Below, in pieces: positions 37,822-46,894 of a stretch of 53,527 nucleotides of DNA. How positions within the stretch are numbered: the stretch's first letter is position 1; every line of letters starts with the position of its first letter. Below the pieces are notes generated by a model. The model saw only the letters and a list, made by a program, of their open reading frames with translations. It was not told where the DNA came from and made no database searches. This DNA is from a virus (lineage: Duplodnaviria > Caudoviricetes), in IMG/VR virus record IMGVR_UViG_3300042922_000627, positions 1 through 53,527 of that record; one strand, 5' to 3'. Both the position numbers and the translations under genes were made by a program.

Positions 37822-38358
37822 TCACGCTTCATCATCAGAATCATCACCGCCTTCGTCATCATCATCATTCTCAAGGCCATAATCGTCGTCAGTGACGTCG
37901 GTGTCATCAGTATTCTCAAGCGGTTCTGGATTGCCAACGTCCTCAGCCTCCAGGTCGTCATCATAGCCTGATGAATCATCCTCACTGGCTTTTGGCAGCT
38001 TTTCTCCAGTCAGGAGGCTTTTTTCAATTACCTCCCGGTTAAAGAACTGCAGCCACATAGCGTGCATATTCTTATACAGGTTTTTGATTTTGCTGAAAAG
38101 CACATCGCTGATAGCAAACGACTCGGAAATTTTGTAAGTGAGTACACCGTCCTTATACGCAAATACCATGGCTGCATCTGGACTGGATTGTTCCTTTTCC
38201 TCACTTTCCAGCAAACTCATTTGTTCAAGTCCATTGACCGGGCGAATGGTGAGGGTAATGGGATAACTGTCGTTTTTGAACCGGAATACCAGCTCATTCT
38301 CGTCACATACTCCCTGAAGCTTTTTCTTGTAAGCTTCGTACTTTGCAATTTCACTCAT
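37822..38358 (-). CDS. Hypothetical protein with very acidic C-terminal tail
   Basis: Strong RBS GAAAGGAG; D/E-rich last ~45 aa. Confidence 0.75.
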   Translation of the reverse strand: MSEIAKYEAYKKKLQGVCDENELVFRFKNDSYPITLTIRPVNGLEQMSLLESEEKEQSSPDAAMVFAYKDGVLTYKISESFAISDVLFSKIKNLYKNMHAMWLQFFNREVIEKSLLTGEKLPKASEDDSSGYDDDLEAEDVGNPEPLENTDDTDVTDDDYGLENDDDDEGGDDSDDEA

Positions 38359-38863
38359 TTTCCTTGCTCCTTTCGATTTTTATATATTTTGTTTCAATGA
38401 ATGTGAGGCCTATTGCGTAGGCAGCCCATATGTCATCTTTGAAACCGTGAAACCAGTCTGGATTTTTCAGAGTACCTCTGCCACATTTGAAATCATGCTT
38501 TGCAAATCGGTCTATAAGTGCTCTGCGGATATTTGGATCTCCAGCTTTACTGTCATGGCAGATATGCATTTTTTCTTCCATGCGGTAAATGAGCTGGGGC
38601 TTGGCGTATGTCTTGCGCCTGAATACTTCATAAAACCTACCAATCCAGAAAACTGTGTCCAGTACATCTTTGCCGATTAGATTTCCGTAGCTCTGCATCA
38701 TTTCGATAGCCGTGCGGTCATCCTCTTCAAACTTCATGGCTCGAATTTCCTTGCGGAGTTCTTCGTTCTTGAGAATTCCAAATGCTAATGGTCTCAGGGT
38801 ATCAGCATCGATTATGCAATATGCGCTTTTTGTATTGCCCGGGTCTATAGCTATAACTCTCAT
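38351..38863 (-). CDS. RuvC-like Holliday junction resolvase
   Basis: MRVIAIDPG, AIE, DDIWAAYAIG. Confidence 0.82.
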   Translation of the reverse strand: MRVIAIDPGNTKSAYCIIDADTLRPLAFGILKNEELRKEIRAMKFEEDDRTAIEMMQSYGNLIGKDVLDTVFWIGRFYEVFRRKTYAKPQLIYRMEEKMHICHDSKAGDPNIRRALIDRFAKHDFKCGRGTLKNPDWFHGFKDDIWAAYAIGLTFIETKYIKIERSKENE

Positions 38864-39042
38864 TTCATGTATCCTCCTGCGTAAGCGCCACCGCCGAACA
38901 TTACCAGGCCGATGGCCGAATGGATTATACTCTGAGTAAACGCTATGTTGTTATTTTCCATGGCTCCGACCGTTCCTAAAACTAACATGAAGCCCATGAA
39001 GCTTATTACTCCACAAATCCTTTGAAAAGTCTTTTTCTTCAT
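38860..39042 (-). CDS. Small two-TM membrane protein
   Basis: Two hydrophobic segments; GGAGG RBS. Confidence 0.7.
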   Translation of the reverse strand: MKKKTFQRICGVISFMGFMLVLGTVGAMENNNIAFTQSIIHSAIGLVMFGGGAYAGGYMK

Positions 39043-39052
39043 TGGTGACCTC

Positions 39053-40009
39053 CTATTTCTGCCGCCAGCTCGGACCAGTCAATACAATTCCTCTGCACAT
39101 TTCCATGAGGCGGTCAATAGTTGCCTCGGCTGTTATGCTGTCCTTTGTTGAATGCGGTGTCATCCTCCCGATCAAAGCCTTGTCGTCATAATTGGTGGTG
39201 ACGATTGTTGGCATATAAGACTCATACCGACCGTTGATAATGTTATAGATTGTCGATACTGCCCATTCGGTGGGAGGCTCTTTGCCCATATCATCTATGA
39301 CCAGGAGCGGAACTTTTTTGTAGAGATTGAGTACATCGCTTTCCTCGATGTCGCCACGGTCAAAAGTCCTTTTGATACGCGACAGCAAATCAATCATTGT
39401 CATACATATTACCGGTGTGCCTTTATGAATAAGCTGATTAGCTATCGCTGCCGCAAGATGTGTTTTACCTGTGCCAGCAGGTCCGGCGATAAATAATCCG
39501 TTTCGACCTGGCTCTTTCTTTTTTCTCGGCAGCATTTCATCGAATGTGTCTGCGTAGTATTTTGCTTTTTCAGCAGCGGCTTGATTGTCTTTTGTGATTT
39601 CGAAGGTTTTGAATGTACGGCGTAAAAATCGTTCGCTCATGCCTGACTCGCCGATTTTTTTGCGGATTTTCTCCTTTAACAAACGATCATTCTCAGCCTT
39701 TTTCTCGGCCTCCTCGGAAGCCTTTTTCTCGGCTGTTTGCTTTTCGTGTGCTGCAATAGCTTCCGAGCAGGTGCATTTTTCTAGGCCTGTGGGAATCCAA
39801 AATATCTTTTTTCCTACGGCAAATCCTTTGGTATATCTGGGGTTTCCGCAGTATTCACAGGCGACCGGCTTAGGCGGGTTGAATTTTTCAGCCCTTGGGT
39901 CATTACTCAAGATGAAATCTTCACCCTTAGCCAGCTTCACATTATTCTTTAAATCCTGTGAGATGGAAGGATCCATTGTCCGACCCATTATTTTGCCTAT
40001 TGCCTCCAT
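39053..40009 (-). CDS. DnaC/IstB-like helicase loader ATPase
   Basis: CEYC...CTC Zn site; GPAGTGKTHLA; LLVIDDMGKE; TTN; DRL. Confidence 0.92.
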   Translation of the reverse strand: MEAIGKIMGRTMDPSISQDLKNNVKLAKGEDFILSNDPRAEKFNPPKPVACEYCGNPRYTKGFAVGKKIFWIPTGLEKCTCSEAIAAHEKQTAEKKASEEAEKKAENDRLLKEKIRKKIGESGMSERFLRRTFKTFEITKDNQAAAEKAKYYADTFDEMLPRKKKEPGRNGLFIAGPAGTGKTHLAAAIANQLIHKGTPVICMTMIDLLSRIKRTFDRGDIEESDVLNLYKKVPLLVIDDMGKEPPTEWAVSTIYNIINGRYESYMPTIVTTNYDDKALIGRMTPHSTKDSITAEATIDRLMEMCRGIVLTGPSWRQK

Positions 40010-40748
40010 TTGTCTGCACCCCCTCCAATTCATCATCCCAGCGCCCTTGATTAAGCCAAGTTGCTGGGTTTGGTATATACTGACCATCATCTTTCAGCCA
40101 TTGTTTTGACTTTTTGGCGGCTTCTACTGCCGATATGATTTTGGCGAACCGCTTCGATGATGGCTTTATCTTATTCCAAGATTTGAGTGCCGCGCCCCTG
40201 CCGACCTTTTTCGGATAAGCATTCCAAAATTCATTAAATCGTTGAATTTGAAGATTTTCCTTTTCACTTTCAATATCATTTTCAATATCATCTTCAATTT
40301 CATTTTCATATTCAGTATTTTGCTCCGATTTTGCTAAGTCTTTTGCTATATCATTTGCTCCGATTTTGCTTTTTTTACTACCACTGCAAGAAGCCGCTAA
40401 CGCTCTTTTTTCGCTCAATTCGCCATCCTTAACCATTCGTTTTTGAAATAGAGTGTCACCTTCGATTATCATTACACATTCTTCAATCAATTCCGTCAGA
40501 GCAGACTCTATTTCTTCATTTGTAAAAGGCAAAAGCTTGGTCAATTTGTAAGCAAAATTTTTGATTTTGCTCTCATTTTGCTTATCTTTTTGCTTTAGCA
40601 AAAGTTTTCCGTACTTATCCGACTTATGTAAAATGCACATTATTTTGATATAGACTCCCTGCGTTGCCGCACAACATGCGTTCAGCTTTTCGTCAGTCAA
40701 ATAGTCCTGAACATACAGAGGTAAGTACGGCTGGTCTCTAAGTGCCAT
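39942..40748 (-). CDS. Replication initiator (DUF1376-like N-terminus)
   Basis: PYLPLYVQDYL; FNEFWNAYPKK...YIPNPATWLNQGRWDDE; upstream of loader. Confidence 0.88.
   Translation of the reverse strand: MALRDQPYLPLYVQDYLTDEKLNACCAATQGVYIKIMCILHKSDKYGKLLLKQKDKQNESKIKNFAYKLTKLLPFTNEEIESALTELIEECVMIIEGDTLFQKRMVKDGELSEKRALAASCSGSKKSKIGANDIAKDLAKSEQNTEYENEIEDDIENDIESEKENLQIQRFNEFWNAYPKKVGRGAALKSWNKIKPSSKRFAKIISAVEAAKKSKQWLKDDGQYIPNPATWLNQGRWDDELEGVQTNGGNRQNNGSDNGSFHLTGFKE
40262..40372. repeat. Iteron-like repeats in the initiator gene (probable origin)
   Basis: TTTGCTCCGATTTTGCT at 40319 and 40354, more TTTTGCT copies, adjacent AT-rich TTCAATATCA repeats. Confidence 0.7.
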
Positions 40749-40807
40749 TGTTTTCATCACCAACTTTCTAAGGGATTAGCTGCCCAGGTGAATGAGCAGC
40801 CTTTTCA

Positions 40808-41242
40808 TCAAAACGGTAATTCGTCATCGTCGGATCCATCCAGTTCGGAGTATTCTCCAAGACTGCTTGAACTGCTTTCAGTATCACGATATGCCTGTTT
40901 GCTGCCGTCATCCTTCTTACTATCACCGAAGTAAACATTGTCGGCATTTATTTCAGCTACCTTCCGTAGATTGTCGTTCTTATCCGTGTAAGAGCGGATT
41001 TGCAGCCTACCATGAACCACTGCCATACGACCTTTTGTGAAATACTTGGAAACGTACTCTGCGGTTTTGCCCCAGGTCACGATGTCAATAAAATCCGTTT
41101 CTTTCTCACTGTCTTGTGATGTTCGGTCACGTTCACATGCAATCGTGAATGAGGCTACAGGCACATCTTTTTTCGTATATCGGAGCTCAGGGTCGCGTGT
41201 AAGGCGACCCATGACAACAATGTGATTAAGCAATGCCATCAC
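40808..41242 (-). CDS. ssb: Single-stranded DNA-binding protein
   Basis: GRLTRDPELRYT...KGRMAVVHGRLQ...DDELPF. Confidence 0.97.
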   Translation of the reverse strand: MMALLNHIVVMGRLTRDPELRYTKKDVPVASFTIACERDRTSQDSEKETDFIDIVTWGKTAEYVSKYFTKGRMAVVHGRLQIRSYTDKNDNLRKVAEINADNVYFGDSKKDDGSKQAYRDTESSSSSLGEYSELDGSDDDELPF

Positions 41243-41247
41243 TCCTT

Positions 41248-41490
41248 TCAGTCAAGTGTACCCTCTGATTTCTTATCAGGCTTAGGTCCGAATAGGATAG
41301 AAAGAGCATCACCCATGTTGTACGATTCCTTTGTGAAATAAACTCTGCTGACTATAGCAAGCTGTTCCTCTTTCTTCACCAATTCAGTGAATCTCTCGAG
41401 ACTGACAGTAACGTGTTCGTGGTCAATACAGATTTCCAACGTTCCAAGACCTTTCTTGTGTTCTTCCTGATTATTTCCTGTGTTTTCCAT
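41248..41490 (-). CDS. Hypothetical protein
   Basis: GAGAGGAG RBS; VTVSLERFTELV motif. Confidence 0.7.
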   Translation of the reverse strand: MENTGNNQEEHKKGLGTLEICIDHEHVTVSLERFTELVKKEEQLAIVSRVYFTKESYNMGDALSILFGPKPDKKSEGTLD

Positions 41491-41551
41491 GCTATGTAGC
41501 TCCTCTCAATTTAAATAACTCTTTTGCGGTTGTGGCGAAACGCAAGTCTCA

Positions 41552-41848
41552 TTATTCCATCCCTAAATAGTTCCGGCCAAACTCCCGGATAAATCGCTCT
41601 GTGTCCCAGGACTGCTCTCGCATGATCTTTTCCTGAGCCCATTGTTGGATTTTTAACCTAGTTGATGCGTTTTGGTGAGCTGATTCAGAACCGAATATGT
41701 GGCAGCGGTTATGACATAAGCGGACTGTCAGGCCATACTTATCAGATTTCTTTCTGCGTGACCCTCCAAAAGCGTGGTGTGTATCCAATGGGTCAGCGGT
41801 TCCGTTTCGGCCACATAAAAAGCAATGATTGTCTGTTGCAACTCCCAC
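41552..41848 (-). CDS. HNH-like Zn-binding protein
   Basis: CFLCG...HHAFGG.RR..S..YGL.V.LC...H...FG.NY. Confidence 0.78.
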   Translation of the reverse strand: MGVATDNHCFLCGRNGTADPLDTHHAFGGSRRKKSDKYGLTVRLCHNRCHIFGSESAHQNASTRLKIQQWAQEKIMREQSWDTERFIREFGRNYLGME

Positions 41849-42372
41849 TATATGCCACCTCCGTTTCCAAGAAATCTATTAAGCTCGTCAGGTGACATCG
41901 TTTCGATACCGAGCGATTCTGCCTCCTGAATGAGCTGGTCAATCAACAGACTCATTTGCTTGGTGTCGTAGGTGGAGGAGCCGTAGTACAGGATGACGTT
42001 TGTACAGCCAAGAATTTTACTGGGTAATGTTTCTGTTTGCCATCCGGTACCACGGCATTCCCAACCGTCCCGGAGCTTTCGGACGGCTTCATCTTTCACG
42101 CAGACCGTCTCAGATACGCCGCCTATACTCCGTATTGCATCCTTATAAACCACGGCTTTGTCGATGGACATTGCAGCTGCAATCTTGTCAATCAGCACCC
42201 ATGCATAAGCATTTGCGTCCAGAGAGCGTTTTTTTCGGAACTTTTTGATTTCAATATCAATATCTGAATCCTTTAGCTCGTCGAAGGTTTCCCTGAAATC
42301 TTTGCGAACGATCACGGTTATGTGCTGCTCACCGTTTCTGCCGAATGTCAAATCTTTAAGCCGTCCTATCAT
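41848..42372 (-). CDS. NinB-like recombination protein
   Basis: KRSLDANAYAW...GSSTYDTKQMSLLID...LGIET. Confidence 0.78.
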   Translation of the reverse strand: MIGRLKDLTFGRNGEQHITVIVRKDFRETFDELKDSDIDIEIKKFRKKRSLDANAYAWVLIDKIAAAMSIDKAVVYKDAIRSIGGVSETVCVKDEAVRKLRDGWECRGTGWQTETLPSKILGCTNVILYYGSSTYDTKQMSLLIDQLIQEAESLGIETMSPDELNRFLGNGGGI

Positions 42373-42980
42373 AGTGCCACCCATTTCTCAGCAAATGTCT
42401 CTATTAGTCCCTGACGTTTGAGGAATTTGAGGAAGTCCTCAATCACCGGGATAATACTCGGAGTTTCCTCACGACTGTACCCTTCAGGCCACACATTGGT
42501 ACCATTGCTGACAAGGTACATAAATTCTTTGGCTTCCGGCACAAGCTCAAAGTATGTAGGGTGCTGGGTACTGTCGAGGTACTTGCCAATTTCATAGCTG
42601 CCAGAAAACTTTATGTCGAAGATTATCCCGGCTTTTAGAGCGTCCAATCTGCCATGAAGCAGAATAGGGACTCCTGAGACTTCGATTTCACGCCTTGCCT
42701 TAAACTGTAGTACACCGTTCTTGATTATCCTGGAGACAGAAGTTGCCGCTTCGTACCAGCCATGTGACGGATCACCGCAACCGCTCATAATATCCGTAAC
42801 CAAATTCTCAAAGTCGATACCTTTCTGCATAGCTTCGTTGGTCGGTGTTGGTTCTCTTCTCAGAGTTGCAACAAATTCTGCATAGGAATCTCTTTCACTT
42901 GTAGCATCCTCATAAGGGTTTTCCTGCATGGCGTACATCCACGAGGAAAGGAGCGAGTGTGTAATAAGGTATCTGTCCAT
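42369..42980 (-). CDS. PD-(D/E)XK nuclease-like protein
   Basis: GIDFE...HGRLD...FDIK...STQHPTY; follows Sak4. Confidence 0.75.
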   Translation of the reverse strand: MDRYLITHSLLSSWMYAMQENPYEDATSERDSYAEFVATLRREPTPTNEAMQKGIDFENLVTDIMSGCGDPSHGWYEAATSVSRIIKNGVLQFKARREIEVSGVPILLHGRLDALKAGIIFDIKFSGSYEIGKYLDSTQHPTYFELVPEAKEFMYLVSNGTNVWPEGYSREETPSIIPVIEDFLKFLKRQGLIETFAEKWVAL

Positions 42981-43933
42981 TATCTAGCCTCCTTGTCCTC
43001 CAGCGCCGGTACATATTTTTTCTTTGCCTGATCAAATATCAGCTTCAACTCAGCCATCTTAGCTTTGAAATCAGCGCCGATTTCTTTCTCTGATGTGAGA
43101 GCGTGCTTGATAGCTTTGATTTTCGGCATTGCTGCATTAGCGGTTTTTGCATCTATGACTGTTTCTGAAATAGCTGCATATTCGGCCATTGCTGCATCGT
43201 AAGCAGCTAGTTCCTGTGCCCCATCCTCGACTTCCTTCGCAGCGAGAGTATTGTATTGTTTGAACAACTTTGTAAGGAAGTCGTTTGCATTGGTAGGAGT
43301 GAGTTCAGGCACTTTGATGACACCTTTAATTCCCCTGGTTCCTTTGGCAAAATATTTCTCGCAGTTGGAAAATCCGATTGTGCGTTCGTTACCAAATATT
43401 TCAACAAAGCCGCCAAGGTCCATAGGTTCCCAAACATTGTTTTTTGTCTGACCTTCAACCTTAATACGGAGGCGGGTGTTGTCGCCATCCTTCTCCTCGA
43501 TGGCGTGGAATATAACAATGATGTGCTTTTTTAACTCATAGAAGCAGTAATCCATGAGCCGGACAAACTCTCTACCGACTGCACCATACCCCTGTAGGGA
43601 CAAGCTGCCGTCCCGTTTACCATTCTTGATATCCTTCTTCATAGCCCAAAGTCCCATTAGTGAAATGAGCTTCCCACCTGTATCAAACACAAGACTATCA
43701 AAGTCCTTTGTGTTTTCAGGTGTGAGGTCTTCAAGAATTTCATCGTAAGTCTGTGGCTGGATATAGGGTTTGCGATACCTAGGTTCAATACGGTCGATAC
43801 CAAAATCGACGTCGATATGAAGTGGATTTGGTGCAGAGAGCGCTAGAGTGGATTTGCCGATACCAGGATAACCGGCTATAAGGATACGGATTTTCTTTTT
43901 GCCCTCGGAAATTTCATTTGGATTTCTAATCAT
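42980..43933 (-). CDS. Sak4-like (AAA_24) recombinase ATPase
   Basis: GYPGIGKSTLA, DVDFG, FDT, GYG, FH motifs. Confidence 0.88.
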   Translation of the reverse strand: MIRNPNEISEGKKKIRILIAGYPGIGKSTLALSAPNPLHIDVDFGIDRIEPRYRKPYIQPQTYDEILEDLTPENTKDFDSLVFDTGGKLISLMGLWAMKKDIKNGKRDGSLSLQGYGAVGREFVRLMDYCFYELKKHIIVIFHAIEEKDGDNTRLRIKVEGQTKNNVWEPMDLGGFVEIFGNERTIGFSNCEKYFAKGTRGIKGVIKVPELTPTNANDFLTKLFKQYNTLAAKEVEDGAQELAAYDAAMAEYAAISETVIDAKTANAAMPKIKAIKHALTSEKEIGADFKAKMAELKLIFDQAKKKYVPALEDKEAR

Positions 43934-44388
43934 GTGGTTTTGCTCCTTTCGGTTATTGAATTATTTGTAGAGGCGGTTTTACGCCTGATGTACTGCCGTA
44001 CTCTGTGGGTGAGCCATGCTTGCATTGTGTCAAAGCCCTCGGCCTTAACAAATTCTTTCAGCGCCTTATACTCGTCATCTTCAAGACGACAGGATATCCG
44101 GCAGGTGAGGCGGTGACCATCGTTCTTATCCTTAGTCGCCTTTGAGCTGTCATCCTGGGGAGTCTGAATAGCTGATTTATCTTCCGACAGCTTATCAGGG
44201 GCGAATTTCATCAACAGCGCATTCATTGCGTCATTTCTAAGCTGAATACCGTACTCATTCCCACGCTCACATTTACTTTGCATGGTTTTGTCGTACTTAG
44301 GGTATAGCTTCTGGACAACAGACACTATCTCTTTGGCAGGGAGTTGGCGGCTTGTCCGTAGTTCTCTCAAATCAGCGTCCATCTGCAT
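43930..44388 (-). CDS. Hypothetical protein (possible HTH plus RHH DNA binder)
   Basis: YDKTMQSKCE motif; C-terminal RISCRLEDDEY..L. Confidence 0.7.
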   Translation of the reverse strand: MQMDADLRELRTSRQLPAKEIVSVVQKLYPKYDKTMQSKCERGNEYGIQLRNDAMNALLMKFAPDKLSEDKSAIQTPQDDSSKATKDKNDGHRLTCRISCRLEDDEYKALKEFVKAEGFDTMQAWLTHRVRQYIRRKTASTNNSITERSKTT

Positions 44389-44551
44389 GGCCCCCTTGCT
44401 TGACAGCTCTTTTGGGAGCTGATAGACTTAATGTAGTGGTTTTGCTTGGAGGCTGTTCCCGTTGCTGCGGGGCAGCCTCTTTCTTAGCACAATCGCAAGT
44501 CTCGTTAGGATCTAAGTTCGCACCACAATAGATACAAGTCCTATAAATCAT
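44372..44551 (-). CDS. Small Zn-ribbon protein (59 aa, not in ORF track)
   Basis: MIYRTCIYCGANLDPNETCDC; RBS GGAGG. Confidence 0.75.
   Translation of the reverse strand: MIYRTCIYCGANLDPNETCDCAKKEAAPQQREQPPSKTTTLSLSAPKRAVKQGGHADGR
44400..44428 (+). promoter_or_regulatory. Antisense SigA promoter
   Basis: TTGACA (44400-44405), 17 nt, TAGACT (44423-44428); palindrome CAGCTC-6 nt-GAGCTG across the spacer. Confidence 0.75.
44434..44486 (+). ncRNA. Candidate ~50-nt antisense/trans-acting sRNA
   Basis: Promoter above; 5' leader TAGTGGTTTTGCT; terminator GAGGCTGTTCC...GGGGCAGCCTC-TTTCTT. Confidence 0.62.
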
Positions 44552-44553
44552 GT

Positions 44554-44859
44554 CTATATTCCTCCCGTTGTGTCATCCTTTAGTCCAAAGTAGTCAAGCC
44601 AGAACTGTTCTTTCCTTTCGGCACATGGCCTATCCTCTTGGTAATTAACCATATGTTCTAGGACCTCTTTGCCACATTGAGGGCAATATGCTTGATTAAG
44701 TAGAGGCACCAGGATTATGCCATCGTCAAAACTAAAATGAGTATTACAATTGTCACACCGTGGCATCAGGTTCTTTGAATAATTAATAAGTTCAGCACAT
44801 GTAATGTTTAGCCAGCCTATTCCGTTCTCTTTTCTCAAAAATTCAGCCATATCAATCAC
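44554..44859 (-). CDS. Hypothetical Zn-finger protein
   Basis: CDNC...LNQAYCPQC. Confidence 0.7.
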   Translation of the reverse strand: MIDMAEFLRKENGIGWLNITCAELINYSKNLMPRCDNCNTHFSFDDGIILVPLLNQAYCPQCGKEVLEHMVNYQEDRPCAERKEQFWLDYFGLKDDTTGGI

Positions 44860-45912
44860 CTACACTTTCGTGAGCTGCCGCCATAATGCCGGTGCCATAG
44901 TGGCAATCCGGAATCCGGTGGCTTCAAGCTCGGTAGCTCGGTCATAGCTGGTTACATCCTGACTGTGACGGGTAACGGCGTTAGCTAGGCCGTAGAGGGA
45001 GAGATCGCCTCCTGATATCAAGTGGCCTAAAATGCCTTCGCTTTCATTTTGGGTTATGCTGTATTCTTTTGATGTGAGTTCAACCACCTTCGGAACGAAA
45101 GGAGGATCGATTTTTGCTTGGGTGCTTTCCCTGAGACGTTCAACTATTTGGGAAAAACGTGCCTGGTCTACGGCTGCATTAACAGCGTCCTCAACCTTCA
45201 TTAGAAATGCACGGTCATCAGCCTCAATAGTTTCATCACGAAAGATATTGAAATTGTCATCACTCTCGTTGGAACGTCCAACATGATACTTCCTGACTGC
45301 GCCATCCTCAGCAATCATGCCATTTGTGCAGACTAATCTGAATATAAGAGGTTTGATTGCAACACTACCGTGGCCAACCTCTGAATTAGATATAACAATG
45401 CCTGCTTGTACAATATCACCTTTGGTAACCTCGGCAGTAATGCGAGGATTGACGACTTTAATGTACATGCGACTATCGGTCAGCTCGCAGCTTTCCACAT
45501 TAGCACCGTCCATATTGCCTATAATCGGTAAAACTGTTTGAGCGACCTCGAAATTGTCAATCCTACGGTAACGGTCACTCAAGAATGCTCTTGCTGTACC
45601 ATCGAGAGTGCGAAGCATGCGTCGTGTGTTAGGCTCCTTATCAAACCAACTGTTGACGTTGCTTGACAGGAGAGAAGGATTCTCACTCCTCATGCGGTCA
45701 TAATACTGCGCAGGTATTTTTAGGTGCTGGCCGAATTGCCTGTGAGCTATGTCGTTAATACCGAATATGTCCCGGTCACCAGCATTCAATTTGAAGCCGG
45801 ATTCGTCTGCATCCATACGCAGCGAGCCAGTGTCGACAATTAGGTCTCGTTTCGCCTTTGCCTGGCGGTCGAGCTCAATAGCCATTTCTTGCAATGTTCT
45901 TCCTGTTTTCAT
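44860..45912 (-). CDS. DUF932-family protein
   Basis: RAFLSDRYRRIDN, ISNSEVG.G, RLVCTNG, H.G; start MKTG at 45912 after GAAAGGAG. Confidence 0.85.
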   Translation of the reverse strand: MKTGRTLQEMAIELDRQAKAKRDLIVDTGSLRMDADESGFKLNAGDRDIFGINDIAHRQFGQHLKIPAQYYDRMRSENPSLLSSNVNSWFDKEPNTRRMLRTLDGTARAFLSDRYRRIDNFEVAQTVLPIIGNMDGANVESCELTDSRMYIKVVNPRITAEVTKGDIVQAGIVISNSEVGHGSVAIKPLIFRLVCTNGMIAEDGAVRKYHVGRSNESDDNFNIFRDETIEADDRAFLMKVEDAVNAAVDQARFSQIVERLRESTQAKIDPPFVPKVVELTSKEYSITQNESEGILGHLISGGDLSLYGLANAVTRHSQDVTSYDRATELEATGFRIATMAPALWRQLTKV

Positions 45913-46133
45913 GTGTTTGCTCCTTTCAGTGCAGCTCTCTTGGCTGCAATTCTTGCGTCCAGTATTTCTTTGCCTCCCGGCTGCCGGAGGAAGTCTTTGA
46001 CACAATCCAGTACCGTTGCGGCGAGGTCATCGCTCACATGCTTCGGGATAGCCGAAAAATCAATCTGAATGTTGTTGGTCAGCTCGCCCTCATCAGGAGG
46101 ACAGTAATTAGCCGCTCGCCGTGCTCTTTCCAT
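45909..46133 (-). CDS. Small early protein downstream of cro
   Basis: GAAAGGAG RBS; stop overlaps the next start. Confidence 0.7.
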   Translation of the reverse strand: MERARRAANYCPPDEGELTNNIQIDFSAIPKHVSDDLAATVLDCVKDFLRQPGGKEILDARIAAKRAALKGANT

Positions 46134-46156
46134 AATAATCACTCCTTTCAAAATTA

Positions 46157-46519
46157 GGCGCATATATGCGACTATTGAACCAAAAAAATTTCTATTGCCT
46201 CTTCTTTGGTCAGAACTAGGGCATCGCATATTTTGTGCATATCTCCGATACGGAGCTTTCCATCTTTAAGCCTACGATAGAAGGTGCTTCTATCTATGCC
46301 TATTTCATCGGCAACAGCCTCTTTTGTGGTCTCACGTTCTACGATTTTCCCATTTAATTTGTTGGTATCCATGTGATACATTACTTTACCCCCTTTGATG
46401 ATATTTGCAGGTATTTGTCGCATAAATGCTACTTTGTGTTTTAAGAATACTCTTTGTCGATGCCATTGTCAATAAAAAAGTCGCATAAATGAACATCTTT
46501 TTTGTTGCAATATTGCGAC
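46157..46519. promoter_or_regulatory. Four 16-bp repressor operators and divergent promoters
   Basis: GTCGCA-W4-TGCGAC variants at 46157, 46417, 46480, 46504; leftward TTGACA(46472)-17-TATTCT; rightward TTGCAA(46505)-17-TATACT with TGn extension. Confidence 0.85.
46172..46381 (-). CDS. Cro-like HTH protein
   Basis: KLNGKIVE...VADEIGIDRSTFYRRL...IF; divergent from repressor. Confidence 0.88.
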   Translation of the reverse strand: MYHMDTNKLNGKIVERETTKEAVADEIGIDRSTFYRRLKDGKLRIGDMHKICDALVLTKEEAIEIFLVQ

Positions 46520-46552
46520 ACTAATGTTATACTAAGTGGCGGAGGTGTTATC

Positions 46553-46894
46553 ATGACTACTGGAGAGCGTATTCGTGCTCGTAGGAAAGAAATCAACGTT
46601 TCGCCCGACGAGCTAGCTGATAAAATTGGAGTATCACGGTCAACCATATTTAGATGGGAGAATGGATTTATTGAGAAAATGCCAGTAGATAAGCTGGTAC
46701 CGATTGCTAGAGTATTACAAACTACCGTAGGTTACCTAATGGGATGGGAAGACGAGGAACAAACACCCGCCTCCGGCGCCGAAGACGGGTATGAAAGTGA
46801 AGCTAAACGTTTTTTTGAAGCTCTTCCTGAGAATCGTAAACTTGAGGCTTTAAATTATCTTCGGTATCTTGCAGCGAATCCAGACAAGCAATGA
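46553..46894 (+). CDS. CI-like XRE repressor without S24 peptidase domain
   Basis: GERIRARRKE...LADKIGVSRSTIFRWENG...YLMGW; GGAGG RBS. Confidence 0.92.
   Translation: MTTGERIRARRKEINVSPDELADKIGVSRSTIFRWENGFIEKMPVDKLVPIARVLQTTVGYLMGWEDEEQTPASGAEDGYESEAKRFFEALPENRKLEALNYLRYLAANPDKQ

Noticed and set aside
37448-37823. 13-bp repeat CCTTGTAGTCCTC at 37448 and 37811
   Set aside because: Only two copies, one inside a coding region, with no associated structure
342-46157. Many plus-strand and nested ORFs in the six-frame track
   Set aside because: Shadows of well-supported minus-strand genes, with no recognisable motifs
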